Below are positions 38,485 to 52,559 of a stretch of DNA of 64,000 bases, in pieces. Below the pieces are notes generated by a model, which did not search any database, had not been told where the DNA came from, and saw only the letters and a program-made list of their open reading frames with translations. Both the position numbers and the translations under genes were made by a program. Numbering within the stretch: position 1 is the stretch's first letter; each line of letters starts with the position of its first letter. Origin of the DNA: Paramecium tetraurelia (lineage: Eukaryota); NCBI GenBank assembly GCA_000165425.1, contig CT868673.1, forward strand, positions 218,886-282,885, read 5' to 3'.

Positions 38485-39032
38485 TAATTAATATTAAATG
38501 GAGTACTTAACTTATAAAAAACTCCTTAAATAATTACAATAATCTCTATTTTCTATTAAGAACTCTCAGTGTAAATTAATCCCAATTCCTAATTCAAGAG
38601 TTGCTTACGATTTTGGCAAGCTTCTTTTTTTTATACTAAAATAAAAGTTAAAATAAACTATTAAATATTATTCATCTGAAACTAAATTTTTATAAGTAAA
38701 ATATATGTCATCTTAATATAATGATTGACATAGAAAGATTAAAAATTACTTTGCATGATAACAATATAAAGAAAATATGTGTTTATTTCATTTCCATATG
38801 TTTATACAATCATATTCTTAGAAATATATTCTGAGTCTGTAATGAAATCAAACTGGTTCAACCCAAAGTTTAGAAAGCAAAAAACAGAAAGAATAATATT
38901 ATTTGACATTTTTAATAAATAATTGTATGTAATAAATGTTTGTATTTTGAATATATATTTTAAAATTAAACAATATAATTCAATAAAAAATATACTGATT
39001 AATAAATTTTAGATATATCATTTAAATCCTCT

Positions 39033-42000
39033 TCAATATTTATTTTGCTTTTCTTGTGTCTATTACCAAAGTTTAAATAAATCATGATGAGTCTTATTTT
39101 TAATGTCTGAATTTTCAAAAATTGTTCCAATAAACTTTTAATTTTAAGGGGTCTTACTTATACATAATATTTCAGAGAAGGTAATTTAATTTTATGAATT
39201 AACTTGAATTTCTGAAACATGTTATTACTCTTATTTTCTCTCTTCATTTTTTTATGTCACTGTTACTTAAAATTCTTAAAGTAGCTTTTCTTTCATTAAT
39301 ATATATTCTTAAAACTTATTAATCACCTTCGATATATCCTTAAAATGGGAGATGACTTTTTAATTAAATACTGAAATATTTTCACTACTCTCTTGCAATA
39401 ATTTTTCGATTTCCCTTTCCTTTTAGGTAATTTCATCCTTTAAAGTTTTTTATGTTCTTAATGTAGCACACACGTCGGCTCTTCTTAACTCAGTTAGCTG
39501 ATTAGCTATCTCTTCCGCTTCCTCAAAAATATCCTTCTATTTTACTTTTGCCAAACGCCATTCTTTTTCGAAATTTGTTGCTACCTCCAAATTAAAGTCT
39601 TTTTTATTTTTTGGCTCAGGATTGAATTATTCAAAAGCTTTTTTGAAGTATAGTTTTTATAGTTGTATTTTATTCTTCAACCCATTAATATTTTTAGAAA
39701 TGATTCCATCATCACTTAGATTTTACAACTACCAAATCTTAATACATTTATCTTAAGATGTAGATACAATAAATTTATTATCAGAAGATACTCCTAAACA
39801 ATTGATTAGAGCTTAGTGACAATCAGTTTTACTTCCATGAATATTTTTGGATATATCCCAAACCTTTATGGAAAGATCTTCAAAGGATAGGACTAAAACT
39901 AAACCATTTTTATTAAAATACATTGAAGTAATTACACCCTAATATGAATATGTGGAAAATATCTTTGACAATTCCTTAGTCTTTAAAATGTAGACATTTG
40001 AGGCTTTAGTTGCAATCGCTAAATGAGAATAATCTGATGTGAGTGATAAACATGAGACTTTATTATTGGATCTTTATGAAGAATTCTATGTGGATATATC
40101 AATTTATAAATCAGCAATCTCATCAACAATCAATTAATTTATCTGTTACATTTCTGATGCTTCATCCATTAATTAATATTAGAAGGATTATATTTTTATA
40201 TCCCCTGAACCAAGTTTAACGTTAGTGTATTTTCCAGATTAATTTAAAACTACTAAATTTTAGTCTAGATCAAAAAACAAAGTCAATATTTAAGAATCTA
40301 GAGTGATTCTTTAACTATATTATTTACCATTAAGACTGTCCCATATTTTAATTTCTCCATTCAAAGTTCCTGAACATATGAAATGATTTTTTTGAGAATA
40401 TACTAAAAGAGTGACTTCTCCTTTGGGTTTTAGACATGATAGTGTATGAAAAGTTTATTTACCAGTGTAGCTATCATAAATTGAAATTGAGTGACCAAAT
40501 CCACCTGTGATAATATATTGATCATCATTAACACTAATAATAGGACTCAATTAACAGGCAGAACATAATTTATTAATTGAACATTCTTAACAACTCTATA
40601 AAGTAATTATTCGATTAACTATGGATGCTGTATTAATATTCCATTATATTATTTTCTTATCTTTACCCTTTGTAATTATTCTTTAGGAATCCTAAGATAT
40701 AATCATAAATAAAATGCTGCCATCATGCCCAGGCAGATATTCACTAACACGATAGTTATCAGAATGATACCACTATTTAACAAGTCCATCCTTTCCTGCA
40801 GACAAAATAATCATTCCATCTGTTTTTGAAAATTCGACGCTATTAATACCATCAGAATGACCATGCAAATTTTCTCCAATTTAGATTCCTTTCATATAAT
40901 CCCAAATCCTAACACTTTTATCATCTCCTGCACTTATCAATATATTCCCTTCGCTAGAAAAGCATATACATCTAACAGCTTTTTAATGACCACTTAATTT
41001 AGCCTAATCCTTTTACTTTACTAAGCTATATATGATAATCATCTCATTCGTTGTAGCATATGCAAACAGTTGCCCATCGGGACTAAAAACAATACTTGTT
41101 ACTTAAGAGTTTTATGATAAGGTTTTAATTGTTTTAGTTTACTCTTCTTATATCTTACGTAGAAATATTGAAGTTTGATCACAAGCAATCAGGTTATCTT
41201 CATCTGGAGAAAAGTCTAATGCTGTTATTCTACTTTTTCGTTCGATTTCTATAAATTTTTACTGTGTTTTATTAATAACTTTATAAATAATTATTTTCCC
41301 TTTTTAACACCCTACTGATAAATAGCTGTCTTAATTTGAAAATCTTACTAAACTAACAGTGTCCCCTATTTTATGTTTATATTTATCATGTTAGTAAATT
41401 TCTTCATTTGAATTTCTTTAAACTTAATTTTCACAATTTTATTATGGTTACTCATGAAAGTTAAAGATATTTAAAGTTTCTTCAATGAAATAGACAAGCA
41501 TAGATTTGGTATTAGACCAACAAAAATCAAATACTTCTTTTTCAAACTCTACCTTTGTTACTATTTATTCAGCATTTATCTGATACACAACCAACTATTT
41601 ATTTAGACCAAGGGAGGCTATGTAGTTACCATCACAAGAAAACGATGATTTTAATATAGGACCAATATCAAAAGACAAAGTTGGTAAATCCTATGAGATT
41701 ATGCCTTTCCAATAAACATCTTCAATTTTACAATAATTTAAGTTTGTCCCCATCAAAGTCACATTCTCAAATGTTGACCTACTAAAATCACATCCTATAC
41801 ACTTTAATCCTAATAGCTTAATGTCTTTTATCTAAATTTCTTAAAAATGCTTTTCATAGAATAACTCCTGCATATAAGCAAGCAATTAAAACGAATTTGA
41901 ACTAATATTTATAAACTATTGTGATATTTTTGAGATTGATATTAAAAAATGTAAAACTGACCTTAATTCTTGATTATCCTATACATATTCTATTATAAAT

Positions 42001-45000
42001 CGTATTACTCCCATATAAAATTGATTTGCCATAATAATTTGATTTAATGGGGAATCAATTATGATATTTATTAATTAATCTGATTAAGTATAATAGTAAT
42101 CTGAATTTCCTTATTACTATTACTTATAGTTTTATTTAAAAAGTTGCTTAAACTTTTCTCCCCCTTAACCTTATGCTTAAAGAAATATTCTTATGCAGTT
42201 GAAAATAAATTCTTTTTTTTTCTCTATATTAAATTTATTTTCATTGAATGAATTTATAAGTGAAAGAATCCAGTAAAGATTAGTTATGATAAATTTTGCA
42301 TATATAAATTCTTGAATTGATTTATGCTCAAAACTTAGAATAGATCCGGTTTATTTCAAAGGAAGACATTTTTTTATTAATGAACTCTCTTCAGAATTAT
42401 AATTAAACAATTCTTGAAATCTTGGATCAGCAGAATGATGTTTGATTTTTTAGTTCCATATTCCTGACATATTAGATGTTTTCTAAGTTTCCATCGAAGT
42501 TAATTAATATTGCATCAAATAAGATACTAATAGTATTGAATAATCATTAACTTTATCTATGAAATCACTTTAAAACTTTATTTGCTAAAGATTTGACAAT
42601 TTTTAAATTTAGTTTTAAATATAATTCTCCAAGAACTATTCATAAAAATCGAACTATGTTAATCTAAAAGATTTATAACATCTTAACAAAATCTATTTAT
42701 CATCTCCATATTAATCGTAATCTTGCTGAGAGAAGTATTAATGCTTTTAAAATATTAATTTTCCTTCTTCTCTTAAATTCTCTTTAATCCTTATTTATAA
42801 ATTATTCTTCATTTTAAGATCTTTTAATGACATTGCATTTGCTGATTGAGAACGCTAACCAAAAGCACTTTGAGGTTAATCTACATACGATGTTTTATTA
42901 TTTGCCTCTGCAGTCTTTTTGGAACTAACATCTGATGGAAGATCAGGAGCTGCTTTTTTCTGAAATTTTTAGGAATGCAAAGAAGTAACTTTAGGACTTC
43001 TATTACTACTAATGTTTCTTGTTTAAGAATTTATGTATTACAGCTGGCTAGTGCTTTTAGGCATTGAGTATTCAGCTTGTTAGGACTTTTAATATTACAT
43101 TGAATGATCTTTTTTTTAGAACTATTAGGTAGGTTACTAAATTTGAGTCTTAGGTAGAAAATTCAGCTTTCTGCTTTATTAATTTGAGCTTTACTAAATT
43201 TCACTTTTTGGTAGAAAATTCATTTTTTTGCTTTATTAATTTCTATCATCCATCTCATCATCTTGAGAAGTATTATTTTCTGAATCACTCTCCATTGATT
43301 CTGGTTATTCCGATATTTACTCTTGGATATTTAAATTATCAGCTTAGTCTTCCTCATATTATTTTTGAGAGATTTTCTCGTAATACTTTCGAATATCTTT
43401 ATAATCTTTCTTTTTAACATATTTTTCATACATTTAAAGTGTATAATTAGAAATGAAATAATTAAGGTGTTTTTATTATTTCTAAGAGTTCATTTAGGGT
43501 AACACATCAATGACTATTTTCATCATAAATGGTGTATTGAGAAGTTACTCCAAATTAAAATCAATTATATTGTGATTATAGAATTAAGGAGTTTAAATAT
43601 TTCTTAATTATCCTTCTAAAATTACAAATTGTTCTTATTGATTTTATGACTTAAACTCACTTTTCAAAATAGAAGTTATGATATTGATTTCTTTATCGTT
43701 TAAGTATAAATCATATTATTATTGATGATGATGAAATCGTTGCAATTTTTCAACTATATTATTCCAAATTTTTTCAACTTCATTTATAAGGTTTCTTCCT
43801 CTTTTTTAAATAATGGAGTACTTTTCAAAATAATCAAGCAAAGTCTTTTTTATTTAAGTATACGAATATTATTTTAAGTAGTCTTATTTTTAATTATCAT
43901 CAAAACTGAGAATTCTTATTTCTTTATATTTCGTAAAATCCAATAGTGATTCACTACTAAACCATTATCTATAATTTGTACTATTCAACTCAAAGACTTC
44001 TGATCTAGTTGTAGTAATTACTTTTGGATAATTAAGACTATATATTCTTTATTGACCCTAGGCTAAATCGCTTAAGTTTAATAACTATTACCTCCAATTC
44101 TTCAATTTATTATTTTAAATTAGATTTATTTAATTATTACTTAATTCATCAAAACTATCAAGAATGAAAACGATTGCAACTTTACCTTCTTCAACCTAAG
44201 TTTAGAAAGCTTGTATTTATCTCCAATCAAAATTATAGTTCGTTGAAGCTAAAGATTCCTCAATGGCTTTAAAATAAGGATCTTTTAAACTTGCTAATTG
44301 AATGAATATAGGAACAACTGGTATCTGTTCTGAATCCTTTGACCATTCATCTAAATTCAACTATTAATATTATAACCAGATGTATTCTTCTATTTTTTTA
44401 GCAGCTACACTTTTACCTGAACCTGCTGGTCCATGAATAAGGAGAGAATCTTTTGGTTATTATAAAAATTCATCAATTTCACCTTTATTCTAAGAAACAT
44501 CATTAAAAAGAGTAGTCTCGTCATCTTCGTCTTTAAAATTCTCTTTTAACTCCTTAGTTCTTAGGTTTACATACACATTATTGAAATCATTTGCAATTTT
44601 TTATTATAAAACAAATTACATTCTTATTTCTAATAATTATTTAGGTGTCTTTCCAATCAATTATTTAATATCTTGAACTACTTCATCTATCTTATTAAGC
44701 ATTTGATCTAATTTATATTGAATCTTATTTAGATCTTATTTAATTTCTCTTAAGAAATTGATAGTGATACCTAAAGCATCACCAATTTGATTCACATTTA
44801 ATATTTATTATTCAACTTATTCTTCCAATTTTTTGTGTTCCTTAAGTAGTTGCTCCCTCTTTCTATCAGTTTCAGCAGTTGAAATACTAAATTAAAGCTA
44901 TTCTAATCTACTTATTTAGCTAGCTAAATCTGATTTTATCTCACTTTGTACTTCTGGCCAATTCTTAGAAAATCCTTAATACATCTGTTATACTATTTGT

Positions 45001-48000
45001 TTGTTTTTAAGTGTTACTAATATTTTCAAATTTGTTTCCTTGGCTGCAATTAGGATTAATATTTTTTGTATAGATTATTTATTTTATTCTTGCAATTGAT
45101 TTTCTAATTAGATACATTAAAATAAGAATCCTTCTTTTACTCTCCAAGAATTACCTTGAATAAATTCAAGTATAGACGATGTTATGCTTTATTTACATTA
45201 TTTTAAATTAGTTTGAACTTAATTCTAAACAGGTGAAAATATGAAATTTAATTCATCTTTGAGAAATCGGTCTAATTCTTTATGGTTTTAGTTAATAAGG
45301 GTTAAATAGTCTGAATAGTCTTTGGGGATGGTTTAATATTGTAGACTCTTTTGATTTTTAATGAATTCTTCAAATTTTTTTAATAATTTAGCAATTTAAA
45401 CTTCACATTACTCCTATATTACCTAATTATTTGAATCTGTAAATTTCATTAAATCTATTAGATTTTGTAATGTGTCTATTTCAGAAAATTCAACTAATTA
45501 TTACACCTGCATAATTTAATTTTTAACATTATTGGTAAATTCTAGCAATTTAGGCTATTTTGGCTTTCTTTCATCAATACATTCATTCAATTCAACAGTC
45601 TATTCTTGTTTCCAATATGATTTCAAATTTTTAAACAAATTTTCAATATCGTTGATAAATGTTGAGGTTAAATTTTTTAACAAGTCTTAGATAGTTGAGT
45701 CGAATTGATTAATTTATTTTGTTCTAGCCATGCACTAAAAACTCATAAAATCTATTTAATTCATTAACTAATTAAGTTCTGTAGTCGCTATTATTTATTA
45801 TTAGTAATTCTTGCTAAATGGCTAAGACAGAAATTTCAAATTCCTTTAACTTTCTCTATATATTCAATATTGGTAAATTTGTCTATCTTATCTTTGGATG
45901 TTATCAATAGATCAAATTGAGATTAAAGTTTTATTTAGTTAGGTTTAAAATTCTATAATACTTTATTGTCCTTTATGCTAACAAATTCAACTAATATTTC
46001 CAGTTTTTTTATCAAATCTAAATTAAAATTATATATTTAGTTTATTAAGGGAAGAGAAAATTTCAATGAAGAACAAAAATATTAGCAGGCATAATTAAGC
46101 TTTTTAGCTTGATATTCCTTCATTAAATTAGATAAGATCTCATTTTCCTTATCAAGTAATTAAATCAATTAATGATGCTGATTGACTTAATACTGAAAAA
46201 ATAGTTATAAATCAAATTTTTAATCAATTCTGAATTCAATTTACTATTTCTGTTTAATTTTTGCAAACTCCTCTAAAAAGAATTTATCAAAGAGTAATGT
46301 TTTTAGTTCAACGAATTATTCGTACTACATTTAAAGAATTGAATAAGTAGAATGAAGTTATTCAAAATTATTATTCTATCGATTAATATATTCGTCTATC
46401 AGATTATCTGCTATAGATTTGATTTCTTCCTCTTATGTTTATTTTGTAATGATAACTTATTAATTCATCATAATGTTTTCGGCTATCAACAAAGATGAAA
46501 GATCTGTAATCTATTGATTCCATAGTTAACAAAATTGAAGTGCAAAAATCAGATAATTCAGCTATGTTTAAAAGGGTTTTTCTTGGATTTTCGACAGAAG
46601 AAAACAATCTTCAGGTATCTTTTTTCCAAAATGCTACTAGTAAATAATTTTTTATTCTAAAACTAAATTTTTTGATTCCAACCAATTTATAAGCTTGTCA
46701 TAAATATCTCTTTTTTTATCAAATTGTTTGTTGATCTGTGCTTTAGAATAGTTATATAGAAATGTTTAAAAACAGTTTTGATTTACTATTGTCTTTTATT
46801 TTTTAAGGTCATCCAAAAGAGGAGACACTAGTTCAATAATTTTGTCTATATAATCCCTTGAAATCTAAAATTTAATAACATCATTGAGCAAAGATTGGCA
46901 TTGTTCCTAAATTAATATTAAATGATATTGGAAATCTGTAAAATCCATTGTTTTAGGTTCTATTTGATAATAGCTGATTAAATATGCTGAAAATTTATTT
47001 AAAAATTCGTTGAAATTGTAAGCAATTTTATCGAAAGGTACTTGCCTTAATGCTTATATCATCTTAAAATAATCTTGGTTTGATTCATTATCTAAATTTA
47101 ATTAATCTTTTCCTGATTCTAAGGTATAGTAACCAATGAATTTAGGTATGACTTGATTTCCATTCATAAAAAAGTTTTAGAGATTGTAATACTGTCTAGA
47201 AATGCTTTATAATTTAATGCCAATATTTGATGTTTAATTCTTTGCAATAATCTCAGCAATTTCAAAATCTTTATGGATAACATTAATCAAATTGTCTTAT
47301 TAGGCTTATTCCCATGTCATTACTTAATTTGATCCTTATTATAAACTTAAAAACTTGACTTTAGTTATTTATGGTTTGCATGCCATTAGTTCACTTGCCA
47401 TCTTAATCCAAGAATATTAAATAGCCCAATCACTTCCTTATTTAATAATTTTATTGTAATTATCATTAATTTTGTCTTCTATTTCATTAAACAATACACC
47501 AGCTTTAATACTCATCAAGATATTCCATTTTAATTATTCTAAAAATAGGCACTTCTGAAATTGTTCCATTGATTTCTTCTTCTGGTATTGCTGATATAAA
47601 AACAACGCCCCTTTTGAAATTGAACTTAATAATTCAGGAGATGGTTTTAAATTAACAGCTGAGTTTACAAGTTCTTTAAGAATAGCAATAGCAGAATCAT
47701 TTTTTTATTGTGCCTCTTCTTAGGTTGGTATATACTTAATACAGGCTTTAATTAGGGTTAGCTCATAAATCAACCCATTATAAAATAATGATACTTCCCC
47801 TTCCAAATTAACTTGATTGATTATGTGTGAAAGTAACTATTTCCATTTTAAAATCTACTTTTATTAAGTTTTTTCATTTTAATTAGAGTAATAAATAAAT
47901 AATAATCGGCTAAAAGAGTTACAAATTTTTAAAATTTTTAAAGCAATCAATCTATCCCATAATATTGTTGTTGATGCCAATTCTAAGAAATATTAGAGTG

Positions 48001-48313
48001 TCTTTTCTATGATTTATTTGTGTCTCCTGACCAAGTCGATCTAAAATTGGAAATAACAAAATAATTGTTCAAGTTCCAAAAACCAACCTATGGTCCTATC
48101 CAACATGCTTTTTCCTTCTTCGGTGCTTAAGATCACTTTTACATGTTCAATTTGCTCTAGTCTTTTATTTAAGTTGACTAAAAAAGCATTTAAAAGTGTT
48201 TAGTGCAATTATGCTTCTTTTATTACATATTCAGGTATTTCTTTTGAATGATTAGAAGAAGAGCCAGATCCTCCTCCTCTTAAAGAATATTCTTAATATC
48301 CCAACTTTATCAT
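39033..48313 (-). CDS. Giant NLR-like STAND protein, copy A: LRGG leader, helical N-terminal region, coiled coil, NACHT, pentapeptide-like segment, WD40 repeats. Carries two +1 frameshifts near 45849 and 45729
   Basis: Walker A IHGPAGSGKS (about 44410-44440), Walker B VFILDSFDEL, ITTTR, TPFMM, FEHKSIQEF; CDFSRSTFENVTLMGTNLNYC; WD40s GHQKAVRCICFS..SAGDDKSVRIWD and GHSDGINSVEFS. Confidence 0.85.
43240..48313. repeat. Left arm of an inverted repeat of about 5 kb (right arm about 58285-63360)
   Basis: The reverse complement aligns by eye with 58285-63360 and includes long near-identical tracts. Confidence 0.9.
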
Positions 48314-49144
48314 TTATAAAATTATATTATTAGAAAATGTAAGTATTTAAACTTAAGATTTGAAATAAATTATGAATAATTAAAATAAATTTATTTATTG
48401 TTAATTAAACTTGTTTACCAAGGAGTTAATTAATTAATATATTAAAGATCACAAAAGTCTTTTATATTTTTGAACAAGCTTTGATTTTGGAAACCAAGAT
48501 TTAAATAATGCAACCTTATTAAATTTAAAAATTGTAATTAATTTTAGATCATCATGATAGATATTATATATATAATAAGAATCATAAATTATTAATAAAA
48601 TATAATTAACACTATAATAAAATGACCTTATGGTTATAATTGGATCTTAAAGAATAATAATTACTAATGTATGTCAATTATAGAATGAAAAGTAAAGTGA
48701 CAAAGTTAACTATTATTAGCATTATATATTAAATAAATGGTTAGTAAAACAGATAAAAGAATAACAAAACCCCCATTTTAAAGAATAATAATTTTACTTC
48801 CTCTTGAAATTAACCATATTCTACAAATTTAATTTAATTTAAATAGAGAAGTTAGCTAATTGTTAGAACAACTGCTAATTTAGTCAGAAAAGGCTTTGAT
48901 ACTAAAATTAATTAATTTTAATGTTAAGTCAGGGAACCAACCAGAATAATTTAAATTGTTTGAAATTAATAAAATCATCATTGCTGATTTGACAACAATA
49001 AGATATATTCAAGATTAATTTATTGAGAGGGGGGGTATTTGATATATATAAATTAAATTTAATATTATATGATGATTAAATAATTTATGTTTTCTCTTCT
49101 CCTTAACACGGTAGTATTATTATTATTATATATATAAATTAAAG

Positions 49145-50381
49145 ATGGGTAATGTATTTTGCTACGAACGAGTATTTATATTAAAATAAAAAGGACGCTG
49201 ACAATGTTCATTGGAAATAGTAACTTGAAACAACTTGTTAGGATAAGAAGAAAGAAATGTGTTGGGCTGAGCCTATTTTGATTTAAATTAAAGATTTAAA
49301 GATTTCAAATAAGTATTAGAAATAACTACATTCCTTTGCTTAGAGTTATGAAGAGTCATCAATTTCAGAAATTTAAAAGTCTATCAAATCTAGATAAGCT
49401 GCAAGAGAAAATAGAAATATCTAAACAATAATTAAAAGAACAGGATTTACAGAAGACGATCTAGTTGAATATTATATCAAACCGAGCAGGGCTTCTATTA
49501 ATTTAAGTATTTAGTCAATTACACCATCTTATATTTATTATGAGAAAACATCTAATGTTGGAATGGCATCTTAAGTAAATTTTGAAGATCAGATGTACTT
49601 TTTTGTACAAATTACTGATAAAATACAAGAACATTTAGATTAGCCTAATGAATTAGGAATAATGATAATTCAATTCAGAAATTCTTTAAAATAACACCAT
49701 TAAGATAGTACATTTAATTAGTTACATGAACAATTAACTTTATTTTGTAGAACACTTTATGATACTATTGTAATTTATTATGATATGATAAATTTGAAAA
49801 AGAAATATTAAAGTCATGCAGTTTTATTAAATGAAGAGACAATGATTAATTTTATTGTAAATTATGTGATGTCAAATGAAGGAATTTATAGAGTAATTTA
49901 TAATTCTTTGTTAAAAGAGCTGAGTTAAATTTAAAATCAGACTGAACAAGTGTTTAAGCAAAAGAAAGATATTAGTATAATCGATATGGAAGTACCAAAA
50001 GACTTTTAATTGACATCATCCTCAAACCCTTATGGTGAGGCAATATAAACTTTGAAGAAATTATCAAAAAAACAAGGCCCTTCCTCAAAGGTCAAAGTAA
50101 TAATTAATTTTTCCTAACAAATTCAGTAGTAGGTTAGGGAAGCAAATGAAAAAAAAGGATCTAGTCTGCTTATGTAAGCTGATGATCTTTTGCCAATTAT
50201 CAGATACATTTTGATAAAATCTTAAATATATGATATTGATATTCACCTTACTTACATAGAAAAATTAATAACCAATGGAATGCTCAATTCAACGAGTGGT
50301 TACTATGTTGTGACATTACAGGCAGCTTTAGCTTCTTTAAGAAATAATAAAAATTAATAATTTAATTAACAAAAAAAGTGA
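49145..50381 (+). CDS. VPS9-domain Rab5-family GEF
   Basis: MGNVFC start, 22-nt intron, QADDLLPIIRYILIKSQ..GYYVVTLQAAL VPS9 signature. Confidence 0.85.
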
Positions 50382-50484
50382 TTATTATATTTAATGAACA
50401 TCTCAATGTAATTACACATTCCTTATGAATGAAGTTACTAAACTAATATATTTATTAATTGTTGTATAACTTATTATAATTATT

Positions 50485-52032
50485 ATGCAATAAACTTATA
50501 ACCCAGATGAAAGAATTAATATTGAGTTATTTTTGGCTGCAAGGTAATTACCTAATCTCGAATTCTTCTCAAAAAGTGATCCGTATTTGGAACTCTATTA
50601 TTTACTGCCCGGGTAACAAGAAGTGTTTCTGGGGAAAACTGAAGTGGCTGATTGTAATTTGGATCCTAATTGGGAATAAACATTTAGTGTGGAATATTAG
50701 CCAGATCTGACATAGATATTAAGATTTTAGATATTTGATTAAAACAGAATGGGAAGAGAATTTATGGGAGATGCGCAAACGACTATAAAGGACATTATGT
50801 AATAGAAAAATTCTTTAATCTCTCTCTAAATCAAAAAATTTGAGAAAGAAGCAGGAATATTAATTTGTAAGGCTGTAAAATTTAAAGAATCTAACCATTT
50901 TGTTTAATGGTAATTTTCTGGAATTAATCTTAAAAAGATGGATGGGATATTTGGTAAGACTGATCCATTCCTTAAGTTTTATTTGTTTACAGAGGGAGTA
51001 TGGTGTCATGTATACTAAACTGAATATCTAAAAGATAATCTCAATCCTTAATGGAGAGAATTCGAAGTTTCTCTCTAAAGATTGTGTTTCAACGATGAAA
51101 ATAAAAAGTTTAAAGTTGAATGCGTTGATAAACATGAAAAAGGCAAGTATAATTAGATAGTTGGATCATTTGAGACAACAATAGATGAGATATTTAATAA
51201 AAATATTGATTCATTTTAATTAATCTAACCAAAAGGAGGACCAGCAGGAATAATTAAAATTGTAAATAAAAAAAGGATACATAAACCTAATTTTGATGAT
51301 TTCATAAATTAAGGAACTACTTTTAATATTATCATTGGAATTGATTACTCTTCTCACAATGGCGTGCCTTAATTTCCTGATTCTTTACACACCTATATTG
51401 AAAAGAACAATATTTATCAACAAGCATTAAATGATATTGCTAAAGTCTTAGAAGGCTATAACATTAAAAAATTACTGGCTCTGTATGGAATGGGAGCTGA
51501 GCCTCAATTTTCTAATTATAATGGCAATGGGTATCAAACTCTTTTCCCTTTAACAGGAAACTTCTAAAACCCATAAGTAATTGGCTATCAAGAGGCTGTC
51601 AAAACTTATTAAAATAGACTTCGAGAAATAGTTTTTAAAGGGGATCTCTAACTTGAAGACTTTATTAAATATGTTTAAACAATAGCTGAAAATAATGCAA
51701 CCAAACTAATTTATACAATCGCTGTGATTTTAGGATAGGAACAAATAACAGATTTAAAATAAGTGTAGAATCTAATTTTAAGTGGTATAGTAGATTATTA
51801 TATGCTAGGTTCGAAGTTACCCTATTCTTTGATATATGTTGGAGTTGGAGATAATGATTTTAAGGAGATTAAATAGATTACTCATTTTATAGACTCTTAA
51901 GATCCACCAATTAGAAATAACTTCAGCTTCTATTAGTATCAGGAAAATCTTGCTTCATGCATACTTAAAAAGCATTTGATGAATGATTTACCTAAATAGG
52001 TTGTTTCATATCATTAATAATTAATTTTGTGA
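50485..52032 (+). CDS. Copine-like protein (C2-C2-vWA)
   Basis: FFSKSDPYL and LKKMDGIFGKTDPFL C2 domains; IIGIDYSSHNG..SLH..LPYSLIYVGVGDNDF copine vWA. Confidence 0.88.
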
Positions 52033-52559
52033 TTAGTTTAGAATGTACTATTAAATATCTAAAACAAAATTATATTTTCATACTTTAATTTTGTTTGCCT
52101 TTGTTCTGGCAAGCTTCTCTTTCAAGAAAAATAAATAAGACACATCTTTAATGCCACGATAGTGTTAATCAATTTTTATTGATGCACTTTATTTGATATT
52201 TCATTATATATCAAAACGTTTATTATGTGTTTATTATTGAATCTAATTCCAAGTCTAGAATATTATTATAGAAATAAATTACCTAAGTTTTATTTTATTT
52301 TTTATACCTTTATTAAAAATTTCAATTAATATGCAAAAAACTTAGATTTTCTGTTTCTTTTGGCCTTTTAGGTTTTTGGCTTTTGTACATTTAAAAATAC
52401 AATATATTATCTTCCAAAATAAAGATTTGAGAATATGAGTTGGATCAAATAAAATTATATTAACAAAAAATTTGAAAACTCTAATAATATATCTATCTCA
52501 AATATTTAATGAGCCAATACTAATTCTTTTAAAATTTTAGATAAATAGAAAAGTAATAT

